From assembly GCA_964356375.1 (NCBI GenBank), contig CAYHGT010000002.1, positions 7,056 to 71,055 on the forward strand: 64,000 nucleotides of DNA, written 5' to 3'. This stretch comes from an uncultured Candidatus Saccharibacteria bacterium (GTDB taxonomy: Bacteria > Patescibacteriota > Minisyncoccia > UBA6257 > GWB1-50-10). Both the position numbers and the translations under genes were made by a program. The notes under the pieces were generated by a model, which saw only the letters and a program-made list of their open reading frames with translations, ran no database searches and was not told the DNA's origin. The first letter of the stretch is position 1; each line of letters opens with the position of its first letter. Positions 30,231-40,974 of the stretch are shown in pieces.

Positions 30231-30779
30231 ATGAGCGATAATAAACGACTGGTAAAATGGATTGGTTCCATCACAGAAGAGGGGTTTGATCGTGTGCTTG
30301 GGGAAATTCTCAAATTTCAAAATGAGGCTCCCAAAGAACTGATTGAAATGTATCTTTGTAGCGACGGTGGAAGCACCGACGTTGGGCTCGCGTTTTACGA
30401 TGCAATACAGCACTACAAGCCACGACTCGTGATAGTTGGTAGTGGAGCCGTGGGTTCTATAGCGCCAATCATCTTGGCTGCGGGAGAGATTCGCGTTCTT
30501 ACGGAGCACACTTCGCTTTATTTTCACAATTTCCGCATTACAAACCTCGGAGCGGAAGGCCCGCTTGAACGCAAGGTGTTGCTTGCATCCGCAAAGGACA
30601 TCGAAATGCAAATGGCAATGTACCGCGAGATACTTGTCACGCGATCAATGGGAAAGCTCACGCGGCGCAAACTCTGGACCTTGATGGAATGCAACTCTTT
30701 CATTTCGGTGAAGAAAGCAATCGCGCTTGGTTTTGCCGATTTCATGGCTGATAAAAGCGAATTTAAATTAGGAAAATAA
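30231..30779 (+). CDS. divergent ClpP/crotonase-fold protease (SD-led cassette)
   Basis: SDGG, VGSIA (Ser), YFH (His), ALGFAD; promoter TTGACC/TATCGT, terminator 30786-30814. Confidence 0.8.
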   Translation: MSDNKRLVKWIGSITEEGFDRVLGEILKFQNEAPKELIEMYLCSDGGSTDVGLAFYDAIQHYKPRLVIVGSGAVGSIAPIILAAGEIRVLTEHTSLYFHNFRITNLGAEGPLERKVLLASAKDIEMQMAMYREILVTRSMGKLTRRKLWTLMECNSFISVKKAIALGFADFMADKSEFKLGK

Positions 30780-30876
30780 TTCACACCCCCGCCTACTGCG
30801 GGGGATTTTATTTTATTGAAACGATATCAAAAAGAAATATTTGCTATATTCTGTCAATGTGTTATGATAGTCGCCG

Positions 30877-32241
30877 ATGACAAATGATGAGAGAGGATTT
30901 GAAGGACTTGGGATTGCCCCTGGAATTCTTGGAATCTTAGCAAAACTTAAATTTACGAAACCTACACCCATTCAGGAGCAGGCTATTCCGACTGCAATGG
31001 AAGGCAAGGATGTGATGGGTGTCGCGCAAACTGGAACCGGAAAGACACTTGCGTTTGGAATACCAATGATTCAGCGCATCTTAAAAGGAGGTGGGCTTGG
31101 ATTAATTGTTGTACCAACGCGCGAACTGGCTATTCAGGTTGCTGAAGCGTTAAACACGGTAGGCCTTCAATTGGGTGTAAAAACAACGGTTATTATTGGT
31201 GGTGAACCTATGCAACGCCAGCTTCGTTCCCTTGCACGAAGACCTGATATTGTTATTGGAACCCCCGGAAGATTAATTGACCATATGGATCAGAAAACAG
31301 TCAATTTGAGCAAGGTTACCATGCTCGTATTGGATGAGGCGGACAGAATGCTTGATATGGGATTTGCCCCGCAACTGAAGCAAATCATTATGGCAATTCC
31401 CGAAGAGCGTCAGACAATGCTTTTTTCGGCAACTATGCCCGAGGAAATCGTGTCTATTGCGCGCGCATATATGAAATTGCCGATTCGTATTGAGGTGGCG
31501 CGCTCGGGCAGTACCGCGAAGGACGTTACACAGGAATTGTTTATTGTAGTGCAAGAAGACAAGGCGCGACTTTTAGAAAAATTATTGCAGGAATATAACG
31601 GGTCAGTACTCATATTTTCTCGTACCAAGCATAATGCAAAAAGAATCGCCGCAACCGTTCGCTTTTTAGGACACGCTGCAGCAGAAATTCATTCAAATCG
31701 TTCACTTGGTCAGCGACGCGAAGCATTGGAAGGATTTAAAACAGGAAGATTTCGCGTGCTTGTGGCAACAGATATCGCTGCGCGTGGTATTGATGTAAAT
31801 AATATTGAGGTGGTTATTAACTACGACCTTCCTGAAAATGCGGAGGATTATGTGCACCGTATTGGCCGCACCGCCCGCGCAGGTGTAAGTGGACACGCAA
31901 TCTCATTTGCGCGCCCAAACCAACGCGAGGACATTCGTTCCATTGAGCGACTTATTCGTTCTACATTGCCAATTTCAAAACTGCCAGAATTGCCACAGGC
32001 ATTGCCCGCAATAAGAACTGGTATTCCTCCTGAGCGACCAGAAAGACGGCAACTCTCTCGCGGATTTCCACATATGAATCGTGATCGCGCACACCGTCCG
32101 GGCTCATCTGGTCGTTCAACACGTCCGCCTTTTGCATCACACGCTCCACGCGCAACGAGCACGGGAAGTACAACACCGGAAAGAAAAACTCCACGTTTCA
32201 GAAATCGTGGAAGTAGCGTAAGACGATTTCATGGAAGATAA
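30877..32241 (+). CDS. DEAD-box RNA helicase (RhlE-like)
   Basis: AQTGTGKT, PTREL, DEAD, SAT, HRIGRTAR. Confidence 0.97.
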   Translation: MTNDERGFEGLGIAPGILGILAKLKFTKPTPIQEQAIPTAMEGKDVMGVAQTGTGKTLAFGIPMIQRILKGGGLGLIVVPTRELAIQVAEALNTVGLQLGVKTTVIIGGEPMQRQLRSLARRPDIVIGTPGRLIDHMDQKTVNLSKVTMLVLDEADRMLDMGFAPQLKQIIMAIPEERQTMLFSATMPEEIVSIARAYMKLPIRIEVARSGSTAKDVTQELFIVVQEDKARLLEKLLQEYNGSVLIFSRTKHNAKRIAATVRFLGHAAAEIHSNRSLGQRREALEGFKTGRFRVLVATDIAARGIDVNNIEVVINYDLPENAEDYVHRIGRTARAGVSGHAISFARPNQREDIRSIERLIRSTLPISKLPELPQALPAIRTGIPPERPERRQLSRGFPHMNRDRAHRPGSSGRSTRPPFASHAPRATSTGSTTPERKTPRFRNRGSSVRRFHGR

Positions 32242-32272
32242 TAAAAAAATAACACCCAACTTATGTCGGGTG

Positions 32273-33724
32273 TTATTTTTCAAGATTAAATATCTCGTCA
32301 ATACGAATCTGCTCAATGAATTCGGGGACATGGCTTACCAATATCATCGCGCCATCATATTTATTGAGCGCTGCAGCAATAATAGGAATATGGCGAAAAT
32401 TAATGTGGTTTGTCGGCTCATCAAGAATTAAAAGTCCCGGCCTAAGAAGCACAAGTTGTGCGAACGCCACAAGTCCCTTCTGACCCTCTGAAAGTGAACC
32501 AATCTTTTTTCGCATCATTTCTTCATCAATTAGGAATCCTGCGGCCGCCGAACGAAGCTGTTCTTCGCCAATTTGCTCGGAAACTGATGCGAGTGAATTA
32601 TAAACAGTGTCATCAAAGTTCAGTGTTGAAAAATCCTGTCGGTAATACCCAACGCGAACGCCCTCCGCAATCGTAGAGCCCTTGTTATCTTTGTGTGTAA
32701 GCGCCTCAAGAAGCGTACTTTTTCCAATGCCGTTCATTCCGGTAAGAAGGAGGTGCTGATTTTTCTTCAATGATATTTTTACCTTTTTGACCGTTGGTTT
32801 GTGGTCCTTAAATATTGAGACCGATGAAATATTCATAATCTCTCCAATAAAATCGGGTTGCGAGGGGATTATAAATTGGCGGATTGTCTTATCTTCCTTT
32901 CTTACATCAACTTTTGCTTCCTCCATTTCTTCCACTTTCTCACGCATCTTTTTTGCTACCAATCTCATCTGACCACCCTTGTGCGCAAAAAAGTTAACCT
33001 TGTCTTTATTCGCCTGGATTTCTTTCTCAAGCAAGGCATTTTTCCTATTTTCCTTTTCTATACGCAACGCAATCTCAGCAACCACATCTTTGTAGTTACC
33101 GACATATTGTTCAACTTTGCGTGTAAAAATATCCAAATAAAGCACGCCATGCGTAAATGCATTCAAAAAGTCCGCGTCGTGCGAAATAACAATGCATGTC
33201 TTCTTATAATCAATAAGGAACTGGGTAAGGTGAGCAATGCCCGCCTTATCAAGGTTATTAGTCGGCTCATCGAGCAAGAGCAAGTCCGGTTTCTGAATCA
33301 AAGCCGAAGCAAGCAAAAGGCGCGCTTGCTGACCACCGGAAAACGAACCAACCACTCTGTCGTGCGGGGCGTTCAAGTTTACCACCTCAAGTACCTCGTC
33401 AATGCGTGGGTCAATATCATATATTTTCGTATCAAAACACTTTTCAAAAAATTCACGAATAGTGAGTTGCATTTGGTCTCGTGGAATAACCTGAAGCGCA
33501 ATTGCAATAGAAAGATTATCGGCAATGTGAATGCCACCCGATTCTGGTGTTAATACTCCAGTAATAAGTTGAAATATTGTGCTCTTTCCAGCTCCATTCT
33601 GACCCATAAGGGTGACCTTCGTACCCTCACGTACCGAAAAATCCACCTCCTGTAAGATGGGGGAACGATGTCCAAATTCAAAAGAAACTTTATCAAATCG
33701 TAATATAATTTCGTTGCGTGCCAT
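32273..33724 (-). CDS. ABC-F family ATPase
   Basis: two NBDs (GQNGAGKS, GMNGIGKS; LDEPTN x2), no TM. Confidence 0.93.
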   Translation of the reverse strand: MARNEIILRFDKVSFEFGHRSPILQEVDFSVREGTKVTLMGQNGAGKSTIFQLITGVLTPESGGIHIADNLSIAIALQVIPRDQMQLTIREFFEKCFDTKIYDIDPRIDEVLEVVNLNAPHDRVVGSFSGGQQARLLLASALIQKPDLLLLDEPTNNLDKAGIAHLTQFLIDYKKTCIVISHDADFLNAFTHGVLYLDIFTRKVEQYVGNYKDVVAEIALRIEKENRKNALLEKEIQANKDKVNFFAHKGGQMRLVAKKMREKVEEMEEAKVDVRKEDKTIRQFIIPSQPDFIGEIMNISSVSIFKDHKPTVKKVKISLKKNQHLLLTGMNGIGKSTLLEALTHKDNKGSTIAEGVRVGYYRQDFSTLNFDDTVYNSLASVSEQIGEEQLRSAAAGFLIDEEMMRKKIGSLSEGQKGLVAFAQLVLLRPGLLILDEPTNHINFRHIPIIAAALNKYDGAMILVSHVPEFIEQIRIDEIFNLEK

Positions 33725-33848
33725 TGGTATGCGGGTTTTACGTCCGGACGTCAATAATGACAAATATTTTTGTCCTTGTCAATCCATCTATTGACAAAAC
33801 ATAGTAACTATGCGATATTTACGGTTGCACATTTGCAGAGGAGAAAAC

Positions 33849-34103
33849 ATGAACAACGCCGCCCTTTCCTTAAGGGAAGAGTTAATGCAATTTCTTACCG
33901 AGCAAGGATTCAAGGCAACAGGAAATGCAGAAAATGAATACATCATTAATGTGTTCGAAAACGGAGAACCTTTTGGAGCTCTGGACATTTCCGATCCGGT
34001 CCTTCTTAGGTTCAAGGCGAATCAATCGGTAAGCCTTGGAACGGCGAGTGTGCTCGTAATGAAGATTGTTGGCATACTCAAAAAGTCTGTAAGCCTTGCC
34101 TAA
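33849..34103 (+). CDS. hypothetical protein (SD-led cassette)
   Basis: TTGACA 33791, GAGGAG 33838-33843, terminator 34119-34142. Confidence 0.7.
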   Translation: MNNAALSLREELMQFLTEQGFKATGNAENEYIINVFENGEPFGALDISDPVLLRFKANQSVSLGTASVLVMKIVGILKKSVSLA

Positions 34104-34151
34104 GGCTCAACCTCTCATGCCGCGCAATTGCGCGGTTTTTTTGTTCTCAAT

Positions 34152-34754
34152 CTAGCGTGTTGGATATGCGGTTTCCAACCGTCCACGCACATCTTTTGTT
34201 GTGCAATTCAGCGGATTCCATAGTCCCAACTTATTGTTACGTGCATATTCCTCCGCTATCTTATATTCAGCGCGATATTTATAATATGCGTCGTAGGTAT
34301 ATTCAAATGCATATCCTTCTTGAATCATCACTTTTTCCACATCAGTTCCATCTTCAAGAAATACGAACCTCAAAAGACGCCCGTATTTATCCTTATCTCC
34401 TTGCGTTGCATCCGCCGCAAGCCGAACCGGCTTTCCCAAAACAAGCTCGTTCATCTTTTGCGATGCTTCTTTGCCAAAACACTGCACTGGTTTTTTGGGG
34501 TCAACAGTCTCTGGGCTATCCATTCCAATAAGGCGAATGGTGTCTGTAGTATTATTAACGCTAATTTTGATAGTATCGCCATCAACTACTCGCAACACAG
34601 GAATGAACGCGCTGATTGTTGGGTGGGGTATTGCTGTTTCAATTTTTGGTTCGGATATCTGATTCGTATCTTGAGTGATTAAAAATAAAACAAAAATGCC
34701 CGCCATACCCGTGGCTATAGTAATAAGAAAAATAAATGGTAATTTCGTGCGCAT
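34152..34754 (-). CDS. membrane-anchored thermonuclease (SNase)
   Basis: VVDGDT, IRLIGMDSPE, DKYGRLL, GLW. Confidence 0.95.
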   Translation of the reverse strand: MRTKLPFIFLITIATGMAGIFVLFLITQDTNQISEPKIETAIPHPTISAFIPVLRVVDGDTIKISVNNTTDTIRLIGMDSPETVDPKKPVQCFGKEASQKMNELVLGKPVRLAADATQGDKDKYGRLLRFVFLEDGTDVEKVMIQEGYAFEYTYDAYYKYRAEYKIAEEYARNNKLGLWNPLNCTTKDVRGRLETAYPTR

Positions 34755-34806
34755 TGTATAAATATAGTCGTTAAAAAATGGGGGCGTATATGCCCCCATT
34801 ACTCAT

Positions 34807-35415
34807 TTATCTGACATCAATCTTGGACATTTTGTTAAGTATCTTTGAGGTTACTTCATCTTCTTCAAGCGACCCGTCAACCGCAATCCAGTTCGGTAAC
34901 ATTGTCGCAAGATGCTCTAAAATATCGGACTGCGTTTTCAAAAATACCCGAGGAAGCACATCAAAGCGAGAACGTTTGTGCCGGTTAAGAATTCGCTTGA
35001 GTGCTACGTCAACGGGCACATCAAGAAGAATAGAAACGGCTGGAATTTGATGCGCATTGGCACGATCATGCAAACGCTCCAGGGTTTGAATGCTGAGACG
35101 CGTGTTTATATGGTTGTAACTGAGAAATGAACCTCGGCCCCCATCCCGAAATATTATATTGTTAGGAAGCCTATCTTCCAAAGAAATAATCTGAGAATGT
35201 AGTTCTGCTTCTTTCGCAAGAAATAAGAACATCTCGGTAATCCTATCTCTTGGTGTATTCGAACAAAGTATAGAATCAACAGTAGTTCCCATTTTTGTCA
35301 TATCGGGTTCGTTCACTATTGTCACGGAATATCCGACATTCTCCAGTATGGGTTTTAGCAACTCGCATTGAGTTGTTTTACCGGAACCACTAATGCCCTC
35401 AAATTCAATAAACAT
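34807..35415 (-). CDS. tmk: thymidylate kinase (SD-led cassette)
   Basis: FIEFEGISGSGKTTQ; AAAGGAGGGG before ATG; terminator 34773-34801; the usual DR motif appears as RDG. Confidence 0.85.
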   Translation of the reverse strand: MFIEFEGISGSGKTTQCELLKPILENVGYSVTIVNEPDMTKMGTTVDSILCSNTPRDRITEMFLFLAKEAELHSQIISLEDRLPNNIIFRDGGRGSFLSYNHINTRLSIQTLERLHDRANAHQIPAVSILLDVPVDVALKRILNRHKRSRFDVLPRVFLKTQSDILEHLATMLPNWIAVDGSLEEDEVTSKILNKMSKIDVR

Positions 35416-35517
35416 GGCCCCTCCTTTTTTATGTTCTGTGATAATAATGCGCTCGATTTTGAAGCGCGTCAAACAAACACCCCGCATAGCGCGGGGTGTT
35501 TTATCACAACCGATTTA

Positions 35518-36081
35518 CTAAATTTTACCTATCAAATCTACGCCTGGGGTAAGCACGTCCTTTCCCGGTTCCCAACTCGCGGGACATACATTTCCCTTAT
35601 GCTCTCGTACAAACTTTGCCGCCTGAATTTTTCGTACCAATTCTTTTGCGCTTCTTCCGATACTATTGTCATGAATCTCAATAGTTTTCAAGATGCCATC
35701 AGGGTCAATAATAAATGTGCCACGAAGCGATAATCCTTCACCATCAATGTACGTTCCGAACATTCGCGAAATATTTCCCGTTGGATCTGCAAGCATTGGA
35801 TACTGAACCTTACCAATTGCGGGTGAGTTATCGTGCCATGCTTTATGTACAAATGCGGTATCAGTACTTACGCTCATAATCTCACCTCCCAATGCCTTAA
35901 TCTCATCGTAGTGTGATTCCGCATCTTCTAACTCGGTCGGACACACAAATGTGAAATCCGCGGGATAGAATATGAGTACAACCCACTTCCCTTTGTAGTT
36001 GGATAATTTAATTTTTGTAATCTCGTCGTTTTGGTACGCATCCGCTTCAAAATCGGGGACGTTTGAATTTATAGTAATCAT
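35518..36081 (-). CDS. ahpC: peroxiredoxin AhpC
   Basis: FYPADFTFVCPTE, VCPASW; 187 aa from ATG 36081. Confidence 0.96.
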   Translation of the reverse strand: MITINSNVPDFEADAYQNDEITKIKLSNYKGKWVVLIFYPADFTFVCPTELEDAESHYDEIKALGGEIMSVSTDTAFVHKAWHDNSPAIGKVQYPMLADPTGNISRMFGTYIDGEGLSLRGTFIIDPDGILKTIEIHDNSIGRSAKELVRKIQAAKFVREHKGNVCPASWEPGKDVLTPGVDLIGKI

Positions 36082-36283
36082 GTGTAGTATTATACCAAAG
36101 AAGTGAGTTATAATAAACAAGATAAAATATGAGGAAAATAGTACAAAAACACTCCAGAGAGGGGTGCTTTTGTGCGCTTGACAGAATTATTATAACATGC
36201 TATCATACGAACAGAACTTGAGATATCCTAGGCTTTGCACATACGCAAAGATAAGGATTTCTCTTAACCAAAAGGGAAACGTC

Positions 36284-36427
36284 ATGGATAACGGCTGGGA
36301 AATTCTAAGCCCAAAAGACGAAGAAAAATATCAAAAACGAGTGCAAACAACCGCAAAGTTAATCGTTTTTGTTGGCATTCCGCTTTGGGTAGTAGCACTG
36401 ATTGCGGGGCTGATTTCGTCAATTTAG
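36284..36427 (+). CDS. 47 aa single-TM peptide (cassette)
   Basis: TTGACA-17-TATCAT promoter, AAGGGA SD, palindromic terminator 36445-36476. Confidence 0.55.
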   Translation: MDNGWEILSPKDEEKYQKRVQTTAKLIVFVGIPLWVVALIAGLISSI

Positions 36428-36481
36428 AGGTGACGCATACAAACAAGGGCGACCATATGGTCGCCCTTCAATTTTTATTAT

Positions 36482-37051
36482 CTACGCAAACCCTGTGAAA
36501 AAATCGGTCTTGATTTTACTACTTTTGACGCCCATTCCTTTCAACGTAACGCGGAATGCGTCCACCATAACTTTTGGTCCTGATATATAAAATGTTCGTT
36601 CTTTATAATCGGGGGTCGCGCCCATTATCATTTCTTTAGTGATAAAACCTTTATATGCCCACGGCGATATCTCGCCATCAGTTACTGCATATATCGTTTT
36701 TATACCAAGCCTTGCTCCTGCTTCATCAAACAACTCCTTGTATGCGGTCTCATCGGCGGTTCTATTGGAATAGAAAAGTGCAATATCTCTTTTCTCATCT
36801 CTATCAACCAAATATTTAATCATGCTTCTAAACGGCGTAATACCGATTCCACCTGCGACGCATGCGGACTCAACGTTTGTGGGCGCATTAAATACAAATG
36901 CAAATGCAGTATTCACACCCCAACACACACCCACAATAATCGCTGTAGAAATAAGGAATGAAAAAGGAGTAAACGGAAGAAGGCCGAAAAAACTAAGCAC
37001 AAAAGCAACGCCCAAAAGAAGTTCAAGGTAATAAAGTATCAGTCGATACAT
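36482..37051 (-). pseudogene. RnfD/NqrB-like membrane + ferredoxin reductase fusion with large internal deletion
   Basis: TM N-terminus ending PTNVESA joined directly to NAD-binding AGGIGITPFRSM; no FAD-binding domain. Confidence 0.7.
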
Positions 37052-37082
37052 CGTCGTCCGATTAAGAAAATTATCAATAATT

Positions 37083-37844
37083 TTAAGTACGCGTGGTTGT
37101 TTCTATAGGAACAAATGATTCAAAGTGTTCTGTCATTGTAGCAACACCATTTGCATCTATCATGCACGCTTCCAAATGGGGGATGGATGAGAGAAATTGA
37201 ATACCACTCTTACCCATGGCGAATGCAGCAGTTGCAAACCTATCTGCCTCATACACGTTATCTGCAAGAACAGTCATGCTCACAATATCTTGTATATCCT
37301 TGCGACCCGTGTGCGGATTATAAATATGTTGCCCGCGAATGTAGGTGCCCGAAGTTGCAATGCCCATGTCCGTTAAAGCCACCATCTTAATAATGCTGTT
37401 TTTCTCAAAAGGGTTTCGAATACCTATGCGCCATAGTTCTCCTTCCGCATTTTTTCCACACACCTCAATATCGCCACCCGCATCTACATAAAAATTCTTG
37501 AATCCTTTCGTATCGAGCATTTTTGATGCCTGATGAATTGACCAACCCTTCACCACGCCCGATGGATCAAACACGCCATCGTGCCACACATCGAAAAAAC
37601 CGTTCGTGTCTTTTTTTGTTACCTCTGCAAGCACAAGAACCTCGCGCATCTCTTTGCTGTAGTCATTCTCTTTTATTTCTCCATTATTTATACGCGTTAC
37701 CTCGCTCGTTGCTTTGTACGGACTGAATTGCTCGTCAATTGAACGAAAATACGAAAATACGGCCTCAAAATCCTCCTGTGTCGCCGTTGCGTCCACGATT
37801 TCAATCGTGATTGGCATGCCCATGATAAATCGTGCTTGCTTCAT
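37083..37844 (-). CDS. apbE: FAD:protein FMN transferase
   Basis: MG, SEV, GVVKGW, DAGGD, ATSG.Y, HIYNPHTG, AD.FATA. Confidence 0.93.
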   Translation of the reverse strand: MKQARFIMGMPITIEIVDATATQEDFEAVFSYFRSIDEQFSPYKATSEVTRINNGEIKENDYSKEMREVLVLAEVTKKDTNGFFDVWHDGVFDPSGVVKGWSIHQASKMLDTKGFKNFYVDAGGDIEVCGKNAEGELWRIGIRNPFEKNSIIKMVALTDMGIATSGTYIRGQHIYNPHTGRKDIQDIVSMTVLADNVYEADRFATAAFAMGKSGIQFLSSIPHLEACMIDANGVATMTEHFESFVPIETTTRT

Positions 37845-37848
37845 AGTA

Positions 37849-38484
37849 TTATGCCCTCGCTTTCGCAAGCGCGGAGGTCAGTGATTCAATATATGCGCCG
37901 GTCGTATAGGTCGCGCCAGATACCGCATTCACATTCGTACTCTGTGCTTGAATTGTTTCTGTCTTGAGCGTTGGAAGCGCATCCGCGTTAATTTGTCGTG
38001 AGGTACGATTTTGTGAAGCATCAATTACTTGCACATCCGCAATCTTTCCAACACTAATAATTGTGGTAACTTGTATTCTGCCCGTATACGCATAAGATGC
38101 GGACCCCACATAACTGCCGTCTTTATACGACATGCCCATCATTGAAGTCCTAGAGGTCGGCATCGTTACGGGCATCTTACTTGGCATTGGAGTCGGTGCT
38201 GGAGTTAGTTTTTGTGTGGAGGGCGGTATGTAATTATCTTCCTTTTCGTTCTTGCCCGTATATTTGCGAATTATGTTATTTATGTCTTGCACAGAAACCG
38301 GCTCTGGCACGGCCACGTTAGTAGGTACGTTGGACGTAGTCGCATCTGTAGGCGATTGCTTGCTCGGCAACAATAATACTGGCCGTGCTATAACATCGGT
38401 ACGAGCGCGCCAAAATGTATATATGCTGAATGACCCGATAAGAAATAGCGATAAAAAAAGTTTTTGAATCTGCTTAAACGTCAT
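37849..38484 (-). CDS. membrane-anchored FMN-binding domain protein
   Basis: YKDGSYVG, VNAVSGATYTT flavinylation motif. Confidence 0.92.
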   Translation of the reverse strand: MTFKQIQKLFLSLFLIGSFSIYTFWRARTDVIARPVLLLPSKQSPTDATTSNVPTNVAVPEPVSVQDINNIIRKYTGKNEKEDNYIPPSTQKLTPAPTPMPSKMPVTMPTSRTSMMGMSYKDGSYVGSASYAYTGRIQVTTIISVGKIADVQVIDASQNRTSRQINADALPTLKTETIQAQSTNVNAVSGATYTTGAYIESLTSALAKARA

Positions 38485-38595
38485 TGTAGGCCTTTATGTA
38501 TTATATAATATAGCCATAAGTAATACGGCCTTGTGCGGGAGAATATTTCAGGAATAGTATGGTATACTATAAAAAAGTTAAGTAATCTACATAGT

Positions 38596-39069
38596 ATGGA
38601 AATTGAAAACGCGACAGAAGAAATAATAAAGGAAGCATTAAAATTTGCACAAGGCGGGAAGCTTGCGGTTATTTCCACCGTTGCCTCAAATGGCGTTCCG
38701 GAATCCGCAACGATTCTTTATTCCATTGATAATGATTTTAATTTTTACTTTATTACACGTAATGATTCGCGAAAAGCATCAAACCTCGCAACAAATAAAA
38801 ACGTTTCAATCGTAATTGGAACAGACCTTGGTCCGTCTACGTTACAAATGAACGGTGTTGCCGATCCGCTTTCCGTAGAGGGGCAAAAAGATTTCATTGA
38901 TAAACTTACAAAAAATGAAGATTTAAGCACGCTGTACTACGGCCCCTTCCTCAATATTTTGGGCGTTAACTTTACGCTTTATAAAGTGAGAATAAATTGG
39001 GCTCGCTGGCTTACGCTTGATATGGCGCGAATTAAGGAGGTGTACTATCAAATTATTCCGCAAAAATAG
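38596..39069 (+). CDS. pyridoxamine 5'-phosphate oxidase-like protein
   Basis: VISTV..GVP, FYFIT..SRK..NL..N.NVSI. Confidence 0.88.
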   Translation: MEIENATEEIIKEALKFAQGGKLAVISTVASNGVPESATILYSIDNDFNFYFITRNDSRKASNLATNKNVSIVIGTDLGPSTLQMNGVADPLSVEGQKDFIDKLTKNEDLSTLYYGPFLNILGVNFTLYKVRINWARWLTLDMARIKEVYYQIIPQK

Positions 39070-39198
39070 GTGTACAAAAAAGCCCCCGAAATATCGGGGG
39101 CAATTGAAATTGAAAAAATTACCTAAACCAACCAATTAAACACGCGATGATATGGACAATTGTTGAACATCCACCGCAACAAGGTAAATACATACTGC

Positions 39199-39927
39199 TT
39201 ACCTCCACCCAAACCAGAATTTACCGAAAAGCGTCACCGTACTTGCAGAAATGCCCGACCTGGAACGATTCTCTCGCTGATACGAAGTACCAAGCTCGTA
39301 CGCACCTTTCTTGCACGGGAATATGGCTTTTACGCCAGTCCCGTAGATGGTGCGATTGTTCCAGTCATATCCGTAGGAATCGGCTGAGACCAATCCTTCT
39401 ACGAATGGGACGAATGAAACGCTTCCAATCTTCGCCACACGAACGCCTTGCTGGGCATACACTGTTGAAATGAAATTATTTCGCTCGGCAGGACTCACGT
39501 GGCCCGCGACCCCCCAAGAGCTTCCTGGGAATCGTTCGCACTGATTCCAGCCAAACCAGTAGGTCGCTTGAATCTGTGAAGCGCTTTTCTGCATACCACC
39601 CTTACGGTATTCGGTCGAATAACCGGCACCGAAAGAAATCATTCCGTTCGAAAAACTTTTCACGAACTTCGCGCCACCGATAGCAATCAGGCGATTGTTC
39701 CACTCGTACCCCTTGGTATCAAGTGTTCCATTGAGAGATGCGTAAGGGACAAGCGAGAGCGTCCCTTCCTGAAAAAGTGTGAATCCTTGCTCGAGATACA
39801 CCGACTTAATAACATTACCTTTCTCTGTGGGACTTGAGTTGCCCGTTGAACCCCACGAATTGCCGGGTGTCTGGGCATTCAAGCCGATGCATAACAGCAT
39901 CAAAAGAATGAAGCGTAAAAGTTTCAT
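39199..39927 (-). CDS. secreted beta-strand-rich protein with two internal repeats, OM beta-barrel-like
   Basis: signal peptide, duplicated PG.SWG..G..SP.E..N...VY..QG...WNNR...WFGW units, SD AAGGAGGG. Confidence 0.75.
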   Translation of the reverse strand: MKLLRFILLMLLCIGLNAQTPGNSWGSTGNSSPTEKGNVIKSVYLEQGFTLFQEGTLSLVPYASLNGTLDTKGYEWNNRLIAIGGAKFVKSFSNGMISFGAGYSTEYRKGGMQKSASQIQATYWFGWNQCERFPGSSWGVAGHVSPAERNNFISTVYAQQGVRVAKIGSVSFVPFVEGLVSADSYGYDWNNRTIYGTGVKAIFPCKKGAYELGTSYQRENRSRSGISASTVTLFGKFWFGWR

Positions 39928-39936
39928 TGACCCTCC

Positions 39937-40974
39937 TTAGGTCTCTTCAGTATAGCGGTTAACGAAGAACCAGCCAGAAATTGTTTTCCGTCTGATATTA
40001 ATTGACCAAAAGCAGTACACAAGAATGAGACAATCAATATATCGCAGAATCTGAAAGATTGGCGAATAAAGAATGACATCTTTCCTTTTTTCAACAATTC
40101 CCGCGACGACACACATGGTCATCATCCACAGCCAATCAAGTGATAAGACGAGAAGGGCGGTGCGCGGAAATAGAACAAGCCAAAGTGGCAAAAGCGATGC
40201 GATTAAGGAAAAGATAAGACCCTCTCCCATAAGCAACGCAGATTCAAGATTGATTTTCTTTGTACCACGAAGCAACTTATATTTCTTTACAATCTGCCAC
40301 GCGCCCACATACCAGCGACGCATTTGCTTCATGTAATCACGCAAGATTTTTGGGTCTTGCGTGTGTACGACCGCATCGTGCTCATAGGCAATCGTGCCAA
40401 GCTTTTTTAGGTGAATCTGGACGGTTACGTCCGCATCTTCAACGAGCGTGTCGTTGTCCCAATGGAGTTCTGGAAAAATGGAATTGCGATAGGTGGCTGC
40501 ACATCCCGGCGCGACCGTAATCACGCCCATTGCACTCTGACCTTTTTTGTAGATAAGGTGCGTAATGAAATAGACATAACAGCGATATGCCGTCAGCCAA
40601 TTTTGTGGAACACTTTTCACTCTTCCACATACCACGGTTACTTTTTCATTACTTTCAAAACGAGCCCATACGGCATTGAAATAATTCGCATCAACGCGCG
40701 TATCTGCGTCCATGAGCGAAATTAAATCGTACCAAGGAACAAGTTGAAAATACGAAACAGCAAGCGCGATGCTATGGGCCTTACCGACGTTTTTCGGGTT
40801 TCTCATAACATTTACGTCATACCACTTTGCAATGGCGAACGTGCTGTCACTTGAACCGTCATCAACAACGTAGATATCTTCACGGGCAACGCCCGCAAGG
40901 AGTATGCTCTCAATCGTTCTTCCTATCACGAGCTCCTCGTCCTTTGCGGGGACGAGAACGCACAATCTTAGCAT
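39937..40974 (-). CDS. processive GT2 glycosyltransferase (PgaC/IcaA-like)
   Basis: VDDGS, DAD, VED, QMRRW, C-terminal TMs. Confidence 0.92.
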   Translation of the reverse strand: MLRLCVLVPAKDEELVIGRTIESILLAGVAREDIYVVDDGSSDSTFAIAKWYDVNVMRNPKNVGKAHSIALAVSYFQLVPWYDLISLMDADTRVDANYFNAVWARFESNEKVTVVCGRVKSVPQNWLTAYRCYVYFITHLIYKKGQSAMGVITVAPGCAATYRNSIFPELHWDNDTLVEDADVTVQIHLKKLGTIAYEHDAVVHTQDPKILRDYMKQMRRWYVGAWQIVKKYKLLRGTKKINLESALLMGEGLIFSLIASLLPLWLVLFPRTALLVLSLDWLWMMTMCVVAGIVEKRKDVILYSPIFQILRYIDCLILVYCFWSINIRRKTISGWFFVNRYTEET

